A DNA stretch of 64,000 nucleotides, from NCBI GenBank assembly GCA_051294375.1, contig CM119266.1, positions 23,130,402-23,194,401 of the forward strand, given 5' to 3'. The notes under the pieces are model-generated. The model saw only the letters and a list, made by a program, of their open reading frames with translations, made no database searches and was not told where the DNA came from. How positions within the stretch are numbered: position 1 is the first letter of the stretch; each line of letters starts with the position of its first letter. Positions 12,731 to 26,147 of the stretch are shown in pieces. A program made the translations under genes and the position numbers. Origin of the DNA: Paraspadella gotoi (Eukaryota > Animalia > Chaetognatha).

Positions 12731-13650
12731 AAAATCTTAAAAGCATAAGGATCGTCGCAATAGTTTAAGAAAAATCTGGATTGACGACAAATTTTGATAC
12801 TAAAAAAATTCAAATTTAAAAAAAAAAATTATAAACAGAAAAAAAAGAAGAAAAGAATAAATAAAGAATAGAAAGGAAAGAAAAGATAGAAAAAAAAAAG
12901 AAATAGAAAGGAAAGAAATGAATAGAAAGGAAAGAAAAGAATAGAAAGGAAAGAAAGAATAGAAAGGAAAGAAAGGAAAGAAGAATAGAAAGGGGAAAAA
13001 AAGAAAATTAATTTATAAAACAGAAAGAAAAAATTCTATTTGTTGCGATTGTCAATTTACAGTTAGGGTTCCGTTAACCATTAATTTTTAAGGAACTTCG
13101 CTTAACCGTTTAAAACTAACGTTTTTTATCGGTTAAACCGTTAAAATCGGTTAATTTTTATAATTTAACTTTAAATTTAAAATATTAATATTTAAAACTA
13201 AATTAAAGATTTAATGGTATTTTTCTCCTTATCTCCGGCTCCTCTCCTGAATCGTCTTTATCTTCTATTTCAGATGGATGAGGTACACATTATAGTTGAT
13301 AAATGAGAAAATTGGTTTGAGAAAAACTATCTTGAATCTACCCATCAGCTAATCATATAAAGCATTATAATAAATCTTTTTTTTGACTCATAGCATAATA
13401 AAAATATGAAAAAAGACAATGAAATAAAAAGCCCAATGTTAATTCTAATTCTGTATATTTTGTTTTCTCTTTCTCTCTTTCTCTTGTTTTCTTTTACTTT
13501 CACTTTTTCTATTTCTCTTCCTCATTATTTTTATAGTTGTTAGTTTCTTGAAAGCATGTTTCCTGTTATTAGTCTTCCATAAACCATGACTATAAATATA
13601 ATTATGAATATTGTGTTAAGACTTTCTTTTCATTGCTTTTATATATAAGT

Positions 13651-13809
13651 AAAAGCAAAGTTTATTTGTTTACCAACAACGTGTTTTATTAAAAAAACGG
13701 ACATGTTTCGACTCTCACGCGCTGATGTAGACTCAAAAAAACTAGAGTCAAAACATGTCCGTTTTTTGGAATAAAAACCCGTTATTTGTTAACAAATAAA
13801 CTTTGTTTT
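13651..13809. mobile_element. Mini inverted Penelope-like pLTR remnant with a degenerate hammerhead
   Basis: ~65-bp inverted arms. CTGATGT-agactc..gagtc-AAAACATGTC at 13722-13760. Confidence 0.6.
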
Positions 13810-14341
13810 CTTTTAATTATGAATGTCAATTTATTAATTGAATAGTTGAATGATCGATTGATCAAAAAAGTTATTAATTAATATTTTTTTTAAATTTTAT
13901 TAAAGTAAAGTATATCATCATTGAAAGATAGTTTTAGTTAGCTTTAATGTCTTTTCAAAGATTTATTCCTTCTATTGTTCATTTTTTAAATGTTTTCTAA
14001 TAAATTTTAGTTTTTTTTAAATTTATTCGTTTTTATTTTATTTACTTCTTTGTTCATTTTAAAAAGCGAAAGAAAAAGTGAGAAAAAGTAAAATTAGAAA
14101 GATTATTTATTTTTTTATTAGCAAAATAGAATATTATTGCATGTAAGAATTTTATTTGCAAAAAAATATATGCAGATGCATATTATATTTCAAAATATTC
14201 TTTGATGTAAATGTATAAAATTAACTGAAAGGAAAAACGAAAACAATTAAGAGAAAGTAAGTAATGATTTTCTTTCTTTTCGTTAATTTAGAGATTTTTA
14301 GGAATAACAGTTTGTGTTTTAACGAATTTTAATCATAGTTT

Positions 14342-14388
14342 ATAGGACATGTTTCGACTCATGTTTTTAGAGTCTTCATCAGCGTTTT
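14342..14388 (-). ncRNA. Minimal type I hammerhead ribozyme in a Penelope-like fragment (14300-14730)
   Basis: CTGATGA-AGACTC..GAGTC-GAAACATGTC on the minus strand. Stem I is weak. Confidence 0.65.
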
Positions 14389-14425
14389 GATTTCAACAGA
14401 ATTTTTATCAATAACATTGAGTTTC

Positions 14426-14461
<36 letters not shown>

Positions 14462-15368
14462 GACAGACATCGGAGTAAGATAGGCAGAACTAAGCCAGCA
14501 GAATGGTAGATTGAGGTATTGCGAGCAACGATGGGGCACGAGCGTGTCAAGCGAAGTGGAGTGAGGGAAAGGACAGGTGAAGGTAAGATCAGAAGAGAAT
14601 TAGGATGAATGGTTGAAATGTGAAAATTGAAGGAGAGAGATAGAGAGAGTGAGAAATATATAATTACATTTGGTAATGTACAACAAAGATAAAATGAATA
14701 AATAGGCAAACTTAATATGTTTAAACTAATCAATTAATCAACATTTCGGATCAAATTAATTAATTAATTGCCTAATTAATTAAATAATTAACTTGAATAA
14801 ATTAATTATTAATTAAATAATTAATTAACTCAAATTAATTATTAATTAATTAAATAATAATTAATTAAATATAATTAATTAATTACCGATAATGATCGTG
14901 GGCAGATTTGACATTGTTTGCTCAAACTTGTTAATTCATCGGTCCTACCGTAAAATATGGTTCATAATCCACATCGAAATATAATAAATTATGCAAAAAA
15001 TTAATATCCGCTCGTCGGATTATTATTACTTTTAGTAATATTATTTATTTTAAAAATTTTCTATGCTTGTCTATGCTGGCCGTGATTACACCGGTACCGT
15101 CACCCTTTTCCGACGCGTAAAAAATTTTACCAAAAATGGTATAAGGGTATAAACGTCGCTTCAGGCGATGCTACTATTATTACGTTTTATTCAAAACTAT
15201 ACAAAGGCGCATTGAATTAATCAAGGAGACTGTTATCTATATAAATATTTAATATCTATATATAATTATATTTAAAACAGGCCTCTGTCTTTGGTAATTT
15301 TTATTTGTCAATAAAACATTTTATTTGTGCTCAGTCATTCAAATCTTGAGAAAATATAAAATTTACAG

Positions 15369-15502
15369 ACGATGGCAAGGATTTCATCTTTTTGCTGCTG
15401 TTGTGGGCGTTTTTTCGCCGTTTATTACTATTATGGATTTAATTCCTTTCGATTGGATAAATGTTATCTCACCTAATAATATTGGATCTGCTCTCTTTGT
15501 AT
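15369..15502 (+). CDS. Exon: TM segment (RWQGFHLFAAVVGVFSPFITIMDLIPFDWINVISPNNIGSALFV)
   Basis: Acceptor tttacag, donor gtaagt, phase 2 to phase 1, hydrophobic translation. Confidence 0.75.
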
Positions 15503-15622
15503 GTAAGTAGAGGGTCAAGCTTACCATGAAATGAATAAAAAATATCTTTAATGTTACATATTAAAAATTATCACTCTCAATTTTTCCATATTAAATGCAT
15601 TTATTTTTTTCTTTTTTTTTAG

Positions 15623-15681
15623 TCAATCGTTATCCCAAATTTAACGATTCGGGATTTATATTTGCACTAGTACTTACACAG
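15623..15681 (+). CDS. Exon (FNRYPKFNDSGFIFALVLTQ)
   Basis: Long poly-T tract plus ag acceptor, donor gtaaga, phase 1 to phase 0, in frame with the previous exon. Confidence 0.75.
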
Positions 15682-16839
15682 GTAAGAAATGATGTTAACT
15701 ATTATTATAATTAACTTTATTACCACATTTTTTAAACATAGCCTTAATCTCCAATTAATTCTCTTCACCCGTTTTTGACTTGCCTGTTGTTTTTCTTGTT
15801 GTTATCGCCCCGACTCTATAATTCCCTTTGTCGGTCCGTCGGTCCGCAACCTCAATATTGTCGGGCACTAAATTATATCATGTCAGAACATCGAATTTTG
15901 ATAAATTATGCAAAAAAAATTATTTCCGTCCGTCCGTCCGTCCGTCCGCCCGGTTTAGGGTTAGGGTTGAGTGAGAGGCTTGCTAGCTGCAAAAGGGGCC
16001 AAGTCGCCTTCCATCTTATTTGCTACTTTATTTTTGCATCACTTGGGTAAACTTTTTAAAGGTCAATATCTTGGGTAAAGATTAAAGATTTTAAAATCCC
16101 TGACAGTTCTATTTGTTTAACCAGATAGTAAAAATTTTATTAAAATTAGTTGGAGTAGTTTGATTAGGGCAATTTGGCTTTAAAAAATTATGAATTTTTT
16201 TAACTTGAAGCCTTTTGTAATTATATTTTTATAACCTAATCTTTATAAACCAAATCAAAAAAATGTAATATTAAGGTTATTTGTAACTTTAATTTTGATT
16301 AATTTAAGTATGCTGCTGAATAACAGCTCATTTTTTTTCCAAAAATCCTGAATTTTTAAAACCGGAAGTGGGTTCGACGCAAAAACATAGCGTGGAAAAT
16401 CCATAATGAGCATCCAGAAATTTTTTTATTGTGATTTTCGTTTTCTCACATAAATTTGACACAAAGAAACTTTGCAGGTATCAGGAACTTTCATAAATGT
16501 ATGATATTTTGAGAAGTCTGGGCGTGTCCAAAACTTTCATAAATGTATGATATTTTGGGAAGTCTGGGCGTGTCCAAAACCGATAATGACGCTCAAAAAC
16601 TGATAAAATACCGCAATATTAATAGTTTTTAATCTACTATAAATATAATGGTTTTTTTATTGTCATATGATAGTTGTATCACAAAGAATTATCATATATT
16701 ATCATAAAAAAAATAATAATAGCTCTAATAGACAAAATAAATATTAGTTACAAAAGATTCGTTTCTTAGTAACTGTTAAAATTCAGAATTAATATTATTT
16801 CATTATTCGGTGTTGAAGAGACATATGCACTTTTTTTTT

Positions 16840-17155
16840 ACAAGGAATAAAAAAATATTTAGTATTAAGCAATTTCGTGGTGGGATTTATAAGTATAATT
16901 TTCTCACTTTTTTGCCAACATTTTGATTCTTAGGAACTAATCATTTTTAAAGGCAGTCCCAGAGTAAAAGTAAATGTTCCAGAAAAAGTCAGGTAGAGAG
17001 AGAGAGAGAAAGAGAGAGAAGTAAAATACAAAAGAACTGCCTTGAAAAATGATTTGTCCATAAGAATCAAAATATTAGCATGAAAGTAATAAAAATGAAC
17101 TTGTAAATTCTACTATGAGTTGCTTAATACTAAATATTTGTTATTCCATGTCAAA
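16840..17155. mobile_element. Degenerate MITE with a central (GA)n
   Basis: ~120-bp imperfect inverted arms (aaatatttagtattaagcaa..aaggcagt / actgcctt..ttgcttaatactaaatattt). Confidence 0.65.
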
Positions 17156-17290
17156 ACAATAAAATATTTAATAAATTTATATTGCTGTATTATTTATTAT
17201 AATGAAACTTGATATGATATACTCAAGGTTTGAATAAGAGTCGTCTTACTTCTAAAACCCTTGGGACTAAAGTTAAATGAAACTAAAAAG

Positions 17291-18914
17291 AAACAAGTTT
17301 GAGCAAACAATGTCGGATCTGCCTATCTGATAATTAATTAATTAATTAATTAATTATTAATTTTTAATTAATTAATTATTAATTAATTATTTAATTAATT
17401 AATAATTAATTATTAATTATTAATTAATAATTAATAAATAATTATTAATAAATAATTAATTAATTAATTTTTAATTAATTAATTAATTATTAATTAATTA
17501 TTAATTAATTAATTATTTATTAATTATTAAATATTAATAAATAATTATTATTAATTTATTAATTAATTTTTAATTATGTAATAATAATTAATTAATTATA
17601 TTTTATTTTATGTCTCTTCTCTCTCTCTCTCTCTCTCTCTTTTTTATGCAATTGCGACGATTGCTTTTAAGATTTTTTTAACTTGCATCAATTTTTCAAC
17701 TTGCATCATTTTTTCATTTTGCATCATTTTTTCAATTTGCATCATTTTTTCAATTTGCATCATTTTTTCAACTTTCATCATTCTTTCAACTTGCATCATT
17801 TTTTCAACTTGCATCATTTTTTCAACTTGGATAATTTTTTTTAAAATTGCATCATTTTTTCACATTAATTAATTAATTAATTAAAACATTTATTAGTAAT
17901 CATTAATTCCATTTAAACTCATTTCCACTTGCACAATTCCGTCAAAACTTTATATCTGGCTTCTTCTCACACTTTCCTACCGGCTCACAAATTTCATCTC
18001 AATCTATCATGGGTTAAAATAAATAAAAAGATTCAAGTAAATGTGACTCATATTTTTTCATTTAAACTCATTTCCACTCGCACGATTCCATCGAAAAATT
18101 TATATCCAGCTTCATCTCACACTGTCCTACCCACAACACAAAATTTCATTCCAATCCAACCAGCCAATCACGAGTTATTGGAGCTTTTTGCTAAGGTGGG
18201 ACGGATGGACGGATTAATTGACTGATTAATTATTGATTAATTGACTAATTTATTAATTAACTGATTAATTATTTGATTTATTAATACATTCCTGCATATA
18301 CATTTAATATAAAAGGAAAAAGAAGCATAATCATTTTTTTGTTTTTTCCATTTAAACTCATTTCCACTCAAACGATTCCATCGAAACTTGTTTTCCTGTT
18401 CACATCACACACTTTCCTACCCACATACAAAATTCTAGGTCAATTGCCCCATCCACTCCATGAGCAATTAATTAGGCAATTAGTTAATTAATTTGATTTG
18501 AAATGTTTGTTTTAAGTATTTTCGTCACTAACCATGACAAAAGCAATGACGACGATGAGAATAATGCGATAACGATTGACTTGATTGATTGATTGAATAA
18601 TCAAATAATAGATAAATGAATTGATTGATTAAATAATTAATTAATAGATAAATAAATTGATTGATTGAATAATTAATTGATTGATAAATTGACTGATTAA
18701 TTAATTATTGATTAATTAACTGATTTTCTTTTTCTCTTTTAATTATATGTAGCTATCTCTCTTCCTTTTTCCCAGTGCTGATTCATCGGAAAAAAAACGA
18801 GTATGCAGAAGGCTTTTTCTCATCTTTCTCCTGCTGCTTCTTGCTGCTGCTTTTGATTTCTTTCTTTTTTTCTGGCTGTCTCTGCTGCTGCCGGCTGCTG
18901 ATTCGTCCGAAAAC

Positions 18915-18988
<74 letters not shown>

Positions 18989-20184
18989 GCGTTTTTTGTT
19001 AAAAAAAAATTGAATTTGGATTGAACTCGTAAATTATGCATCGCATTCGTGCATGTTATCATTTTGCTATTGCACATCAAGTTTTAATTTCTTTTTTTTC
19101 CCTCTTCTCTCTCTCTTCTTCTCTCTCTCTTCGCAATTATGCAATTGCGACGATCCTTATGCTTTTAAGATTTTTTCAACTTGCATCATTTTTTCAACTT
19201 GCATAATTTTATTAAATTGCAACATTTTTCCACATTAATTAATTAAAACATTTATTAGTAATCATAAATCATAAAGATTCAAGTAAATGTGACTTATGTT
19301 TTTTCCATTTAAACTCATTTCCACTGGCACAATTCCGTCAAACTTTATATCTAGCTGATTAATGAATTATTGATTAATTAATTGACTAATTGATTAATTA
19401 ACTGATTAATTATTTGATTTATTAATACATCCTGCATATACATTTAATATAAAGGAAAAAGAAGCATAATCAATTAGTGAAACAGGTTTTTTGTTTTTTT
19501 CCATTTAAACTCATTTCCACTGGCACAATTCCGTCAAAACTTTATATCTAGCTGATTAATGAATTATTGATTAATTAATTGACAATTGATTAATTACCTT
19601 ATTAATTATTTGATTTATTAATAACATCCTGCATATACATTTAATATAAAAGGAAAAAGAAGCATAATCAATTAGTGAAACAGGTTTTTTGTTTTTTTCC
19701 ATTTAAACTCATTTCCACTCAAACGATTCCATCGAAACTTGATTCCTGTTCAATCACACACTTTCCTACCCACATATAAAATTCCAGGCCAATCGCCCCA
19801 TCCACTCATGAGCAATTGGTGTTCAAATAGTGAATTATATTTTTTTGTTTTTTCCATTTAAACCAATTTCCACTCGCACGATTCCCTCGAAACTTCATAT
19901 ACATCTCAATCACACACTTCCTACCCGCACACAAAATTTCATTCCAATCCATCATGCAATCACGAGTAATTGGTGTTTTTTGCTAAGGTGGGACGGACCG
20001 GACGGACGGAGCGGACGGACGGACAGACGGACGGACGGACATCAATTTTTTTGCATAATTTATCATAATTCGATGTTCTGACATGATATAAGTTAGTGCC
20101 CGACAATATTGAGGGGGCGGACCGACGGACCGACAAAGTGAGTTATAGAGTCGGGATCTGCTGATAAGCAGATCCGACTAAAAA
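17291..20184 (-). mobile_element. Complete HINE/DINE-1-like (Helentron-associated) element
   Basis: 5' subTIR hairpin (agtcggatctgc..gcagatcccgac), (GTCC)n, repeated core, (TC)n, 18-bp array, TTAA-rich tract, and 3' subTIR plus short palindrome ending CTTGTTT. Confidence 0.8.
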
Positions 20185-21031
20185 CTAATTAATAAAGTTT
20201 ATACAGCTTATTAAAACTGATCCTATATTTGTATCAGATTTTAACAGTGAACATGTTTCAACTTTTAATTCAGTCTTCATCCACATTTATGAATTGTCAA
20301 CAGTTTTTAACTTCACAGGAAATATTTGGGAGAGAGAGGAGAGAAAGGAAGAGAGAGTGAGAATTAGGTGAGAGTTAGGGAAGAGAGAGAGAGAGAAAGA
20401 GAGAGAGAAAAAATTTTCAACAAAGATTTGAGAAAAGGATAGAGGTCGAGGTGAAGGTTTATGTCACAGAGAGAGAGAAATAGATATTGAAAAAAAAACA
20501 TTTTCACTGTTTAAAAAAAATTGTTGCTTGAACTACTTCAAACTCTTTCTAATTCAAAAACGTGACGAAAGAAATGATTTCACATAATGGTATAAATGAT
20601 AATTTTTTTATTGCTGGATTAAAAGTTTTTTTAAGGAAAAGAAAAGAAAATTATAAATCTGATTAACTTTTTGATGCATGGATATTGTTTATCTTCTCCT
20701 TCACCTGGAAAAACTTAAAAATAGGGTATTCCCTCTAAAGATTTACATAAAACTTTATGAAAAAAGGGTCTAACTTCCGGCTATAGTTTTTGAGCAAAAA
20801 AATGGTATGCCGGTAAAAAAATTACTGATGAAAAAAAATTAAATTAGTAAAAGGTATTAAAAATTAAAACCAGGAATTGTTAAAATTAGCAAAGTCTCAT
20901 TAATTGAATAAAATCGAAATAAAATTTTGAATATTTCAAGTTAAAGTTATAAGTCCTTTGGCTATTAAAAAACGAATCTTTTTAAGATGTAATAATTGAT
21001 AAATATGATAGGATTTTTTTATGATATGGAT

Positions 21032-21315
21032 TGTGGATAAGGCGCTAAGTGGGCTGAAGATGACTATCCGTAACTCTATAACCCCCTTTAGTAGCCATGG
21101 AACGGGGTCTGGGCTTGGAACCAGGCTTGAGGGGTTGCCACGCCCCCAAGGCGGCTTACGGCCGTCCTCACGCTTCCCGAAGGGTAGGTACCAGGTTGGG
21201 ATTGAACCCGGTACCTAGTGGTCATGAGCTTATGGCTTTACTCAATGAGCCACCGGGTAAGGACTGAAGGCGTCATGCTTATAGGCGGGGTGAACCTAGG
21301 CAATGCCCGACTACA
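21032..21315 (-). mobile_element. Solo LTR (family 2) with an internal tRNA-like module
   Basis: TG...CA termini, 4-bp TSD GGAT, A-box TGGCTCATTGAG and B-box GGTTCAATCCC on the minus strand. Confidence 0.85.
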
Positions 21316-22849
21316 GGATGATAATCCTTTGTGATAAAGCTGTCATATAACAGTAAAAAACCATTAGCAGTCAGAATAGATCAAAAACTTTTAATAATAC
21401 ATATTTAATTGATTATCAAGCACTATTTCCGGTTTGGGACACGCCCACTATTGATGAAAATCATTTTTTGAACATTTTTTGTGTAAGTACTACTTATTAA
21501 ATAATTATACTAATTGCAGGATAAGTAAAAAACAACTGCCTAACTTTTCATTTGTAGTAAAAAGAAAAATTCCATATTTTAGTCCACGCCAACTTCCGGT
21601 AAATTGTGCGTAGGTCTAATGCAAAATCTGATTGACGAAACCTTGTTAATCGTTTTAAGCACTTAAAATTATACTAGAAACTGTACAGGATTGTGAAAAT
21701 TTTCGACTGCATGGTTAAAAAAAAACAGTGTATTTTTTAAACAACAATGAAGGATCACCATTTGGTGATGGCTCACCTATACCTGGATATTGGGATTAAA
21801 GAGCCAAAATCCATGAAGGGTATAGGTTCCCAACTGATGACCTTCCCATTGTATAAACATAAAAAATAAAAAATATTCAAAAAATAAATAATTAAAAAGT
21901 AGAATAAAGGAAAAAAAATTTTAATTAAAATATTTTAAAATTATATTCATAACATAACGGTGCCCCTATAGACCTTTCCCCAGTATGTATCCCTATCAGA
22001 ACATACAATTCTACATGGTCGTCTTATCCCTATTGGTAAAAAAATCATATATAACGTTGGCCCCCCTAAAAAAATTATCCATTCCCACCCCTTTCTGTTC
22101 AGCCTTTTAGATATAATGATTTTTCATTAATGACTTTCTAACAGAAATATGTGATATCTATTAGAAAACTGGGACAGATAGTAATCTAACCTTGTGTTGT
22201 ATAGATGCTCCCTCTATTTCCAGAAGACAACACTGACTTCCCCTTCCCAAATTGAATTATTAGATAAATAAAACATTTTTAAAAAAGAAAGCAATATATA
22301 TTTGTTTAAATAATATAGATTAAATACTAAATCCTTCATAAAATATAAAAATAGAAAATACTGAAACAAGTAATTTGAAAATTTTCATATTTCACCCTCA
22401 ACCCAACAGAATAGAAATCAGTACAAGACCGCTGCAAATATATTTGACTTCTACAGTTAGAGAAAACGAAGTAAAAAACGCAAAATAAAAAAAAATTTCA
22501 AAAGAAATCCGATTGAAAGCCATGTTTTCTTTTTAGTATTTTTTGCACAAGACGGTTATGGATTTTTTTTGTTCCGGCGGCGTTGGATAGCCTAAACGCT
22601 GTAGTTTCAAAAACCATCCATAGTTTTGTAATATTTACTGCGCTACTGGTGCAAAAATTGCTAGGAACCAAAATTATCAGAAACCGCTTTGTTCTTTCAG
22701 ATTTTTTTCTTTGCGCGGAATGACACATCTATTTTATTGACTCGGAGTTTATTTTTACTGGTCTTTTGTTTGACCATAGTTTAAATTTAGAGAGACATGA
22801 TATGCCTTTTTTTTGGGTATTTTATACTCAATCTTAAACGTTTCGCCCT

Positions 22850-23065
22850 GTCTTTTGTTATTTGTTTTTTCGATTTAAACTCATTTCCACTCAGACGATT
22901 CCATCGAAACTTGATTTCCAGCTTAATCACACACTTTCCTACTCACATAAAAAATTTAAAGTCAATCGTCCTAAAAAATGCCCGAAAAATTGAGGGGGCG
23001 GACCGAAGGACCGACAAAGTGAATTATAGAGTCGGAATCTGCTTATAAGCAGATCCGACTAAAAA
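22850..23065 (-). mobile_element. HINE 5' fragment
   Basis: Family core and terminal hairpin agtcggaatctgcttataagcagatccgact. Confidence 0.7.
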
Positions 23066-23325
23066 TGATTTGTAGGTACCGTAGTAACAGTTCAGTTTAA
23101 TTCCTTGCAAGCGATTTACATGTACATGCGCAGCCATTGGTATGGTATGGTACGATCTGTTATGATCCCGAATTGAAAGAATTATCGTCATTTATTAGCT
23201 GATTACCGCTTAATTATTGTAGGCAAATCCGACGTTGTTTTAACATCTGCACAAGTTGTTTGAAAGTTGAGATGTCTATTTAAATTGCTTTTTTTAATGA
23301 GTCCCTTTCCTTTTTACTGTTTCAG

Positions 23326-23516
23326 ATAGTGGTGCTAGTTGCACTTATTGATCTCATTATTTGGGTGTATACTCCTGTAAAAACTGACTTTGGTATGGTT
23401 CATGTGCCACTAAAAGAAAAATGCCTAAGTCGAGAATTTTTCATAAGATTTTCTAAAATGTTGTTCATCGCTATTATGTGGAGAAAAGTTGTAAAAGTTT
23501 TGCATCCATTATTAAC
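23326..23516 (+). CDS. Exon: S2-like and following segments (IVVLVALIDLIIWVYTPVKTDFGMVHVPLKEKCLSREFFIRFSKMLFIAIMWRKVVKVLHPLL)
   Basis: Strong acceptor tttttactgtttcag, phase 0. LIDLIIWVYTP....G resembles the S2 end 'D.....T.....G'. The donor is uncertain (after 23392 or 23516). Confidence 0.6.
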
Positions 23517-23584
23517 GTATATTAAGGGCTATGGTATCGCTTTCTAAAATAAAATCAAAACTTACCATTTTTTTATTATCTTAG

Positions 23585-23742
23585 TCGGAAACAGCACCTT
23601 ATGCTCTTTATAATAACTGTATTGTTTGGAACTGTAATATTATGCGTATATTTGCCAAGATATTGTTTCATGAACATTTATACTGATTTTCCAAATATTT
23701 CTCTTTGCAACTTGGTTGAAAAAAACTACGGCTTTGAGAATG
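23585..23742 (+). CDS. Candidate exon: S5/turret-like (RKQHLMLFIITVLFGTVILCVYLPRYCFMNIYTDFPNISLCNLVEKNYGFEN)
   Basis: Acceptor ttatcttag, open hydrophobic frame, phases fit (2 to 1). The donor gtctga is weak. Confidence 0.45.
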
Positions 23743-23945
23743 GTCTGATAAACATTTTAAGATTTACATGACTCTTCTATGTTTTTTTACAATAGAAACT
23801 TTTTTGTTAGACTTGTAATGATGGAAAAAAAAATTGGAAAAATTATTAATTTTATTGTCAAATACGTTTTTTTTATGGTGGACTAAAATCGGATCTGCTT
23901 ATCAGCAGATCCCGACTTTTGCTACTAATTAGTAAGAAATATAGC

Positions 23946-24136
23946 TGTAGTCAGGCATTGCCCAAGTTCACCCCGCTTATAAGCATGACACCTTCAGTTG
24001 TGACCCGGTGGCTCCTTGACCAGTTGGTACCGAGTTCAACCCCAACCCACTACCTACCTTGCAGGAAGCATGTGGACGGCTGGAAACTGCTTTGGGGGCG
24101 TGAAAAACTCTCAAGACTGGCTGTTAGGAGGGGTTA
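23946..24136 (+). mobile_element. Internally deleted family-2 LTR copy
   Basis: Matches the reverse complement of 21032-21315 with gaps. Confidence 0.75.
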
Positions 24137-26147
24137 AAAAAATATAAAATTCAGGCAATGATAAGAATGGTGATGAATTTTTATAGTTTTTCTATTTTTA
24201 TTATCAAAATTTTAATACTAACTTTTATTTAACTTGTTAAGTTTTATAAGAATCCATTCTTAAAAAATAAGATTAAAAAAAAATTATCAATTGTCATATA
24301 ATAATAAATATTTAAAAGCTTCAGTGCAACAACCTAATGAACTAATTCAAAAAGTTGCATTGAAAATCGATTTTGTAGTAGAAGGAAAAAAGAAATTTTT
24401 TTGAGAGAGCAAGATGTTAAAGTGTTCAATCTTGGCCCGCCTTAGGTTCCGCGTACAAACGTTGCATTTAGGAAAAAAACGCCTCTTTCCACTATTGTTC
24501 AGTTGTTACTTACAATGTTGATTAACTTTGTACCACAACACAAATTAGGCCGAAAGAAGGATTGGTTAAAAACATCTCCACCCATTTCTAATGATAAAAT
24601 AGTACCATTTTGGCAACTTTTAGCCAAAAAAATTATGTCCATTTTTGTCCATTTTTACTTATGACTTCTGATTTGAATGCCAAGGAAAGTTGAGAAAAAT
24701 TTTTTACTTTGGAAATCCGTTCTTTCTTATCTTCTTTACCTCTGGGTAAATTTATTAGCTTAAATCATTTATAGTTTGCCTATGAATTAATTTTAAAGTT
24801 AACAAGTCAAAAAGTTGGAGTTTCAGTCTTTATCATAATTTGTTAAACAAAAATAAATCAAATTGGTTGAAATTAACAGAAAATATAACCTATTGAATAA
24901 GCTTTTAACACCTATAAAATTATCAAAAAAACTTTTCTGGTTTAGCCACAAATAATTTTTAAAGACGTCTTTTAATTTGTGACTTTTTGTGACTTGCATT
25001 TATTTTTGATAAAGAGAATATTTTCAACTCATTTATTAGTTTTAAAAGATGAGGTATATACTGACCCTGATTAATCAAAAAAAACCGCATCCTTTTAATC
25101 CACTGGAAAGCATCAGGACTTGTTTTTTCTCAAAATCGACAGATTTTGCGGAAAAATTTTCCGCAAAATCTGTCAATTTACTAAATTTGCTAGGCAACCA
25201 AAATTGAAAGAAAAATCATGCGCTATCGTTGATTTTCTTTCTTATAATGCATTTTAAATTTTTTCTTTGATTTGGCTCAATGTAAACGTAGTGAGAGAAA
25301 ATAGGAAAGGGAAAACAATAGAAGGAGAAGGGGAGAGAATGAAAGAGAGGGTGAAAGGCAAAAAAACGAAGGCAAATGGGGAAAAAATAGTGAAACAATT
25401 GTAAGGTAAGAAAAGAGGGGAAAAATGGAAAGAAAAAGAGGGGAAAAAAGGGAAAGAATGAAAATAAGAAAAAAAGGTGAGGAAAGTGCATGAGTGACCG
25501 AAAAAGGTAGGGGCCAAAAAAATGGTAAGTGACAGCGTGAGAAGTAAGGGAGGAAAGAGGAAGAGGAAAATATAAAGTAAGAGAAGAAAAGAGGTCAAGA
25601 AAAATTATCAGGAAAAGCGTGTGAAAGAAAAAAAATTGTATCAGATAATGTGGCGTCTTACCTAAAATCTTTTGTGTAAGTAAAAGACATGAGGATTCTT
25701 ATAAGGAATTCGATCTCTAAAAATCATCTGTACCATAAAAATTCAAGCATACTTTTTTTAAAAAATTAAGCAGTTAATGAGATTAGATTGACAAGCATTG
25801 AAGAAATCATGTCTTACCGTATTTTTAACTCATAGAAATTTACATTGGAAGTTCTAAGTGATAAGAAGGAGATAACTTGAGACTACCGTTTTTTTAAATG
25901 AAGAAAGCTTCGTACTAACCAATGAGATCAAGAAATATGGTAATTATTGAAGTTCAGATTTCGTTGTCTAAAAGACACTGATTGTATGCGAAACCCTTAG
26001 TATTCACCTTTAATAATGGGGGAAGAGATTGTAAAATTTCCGCACTCTTATGTTGGGCGTATTTTGCGTATTTAAACTTTTAAAGTTTTGAAGATCACAG
26101 AGATGAAAATAACCAACAAAATGTGTTCAATAAATTTGTTAAAATCC

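Noticed and set aside
13274-13282. 9-bp micro-exon ATGGATGAG
   Set aside because: Phase-compatible but not needed and unsupported without RNA data.
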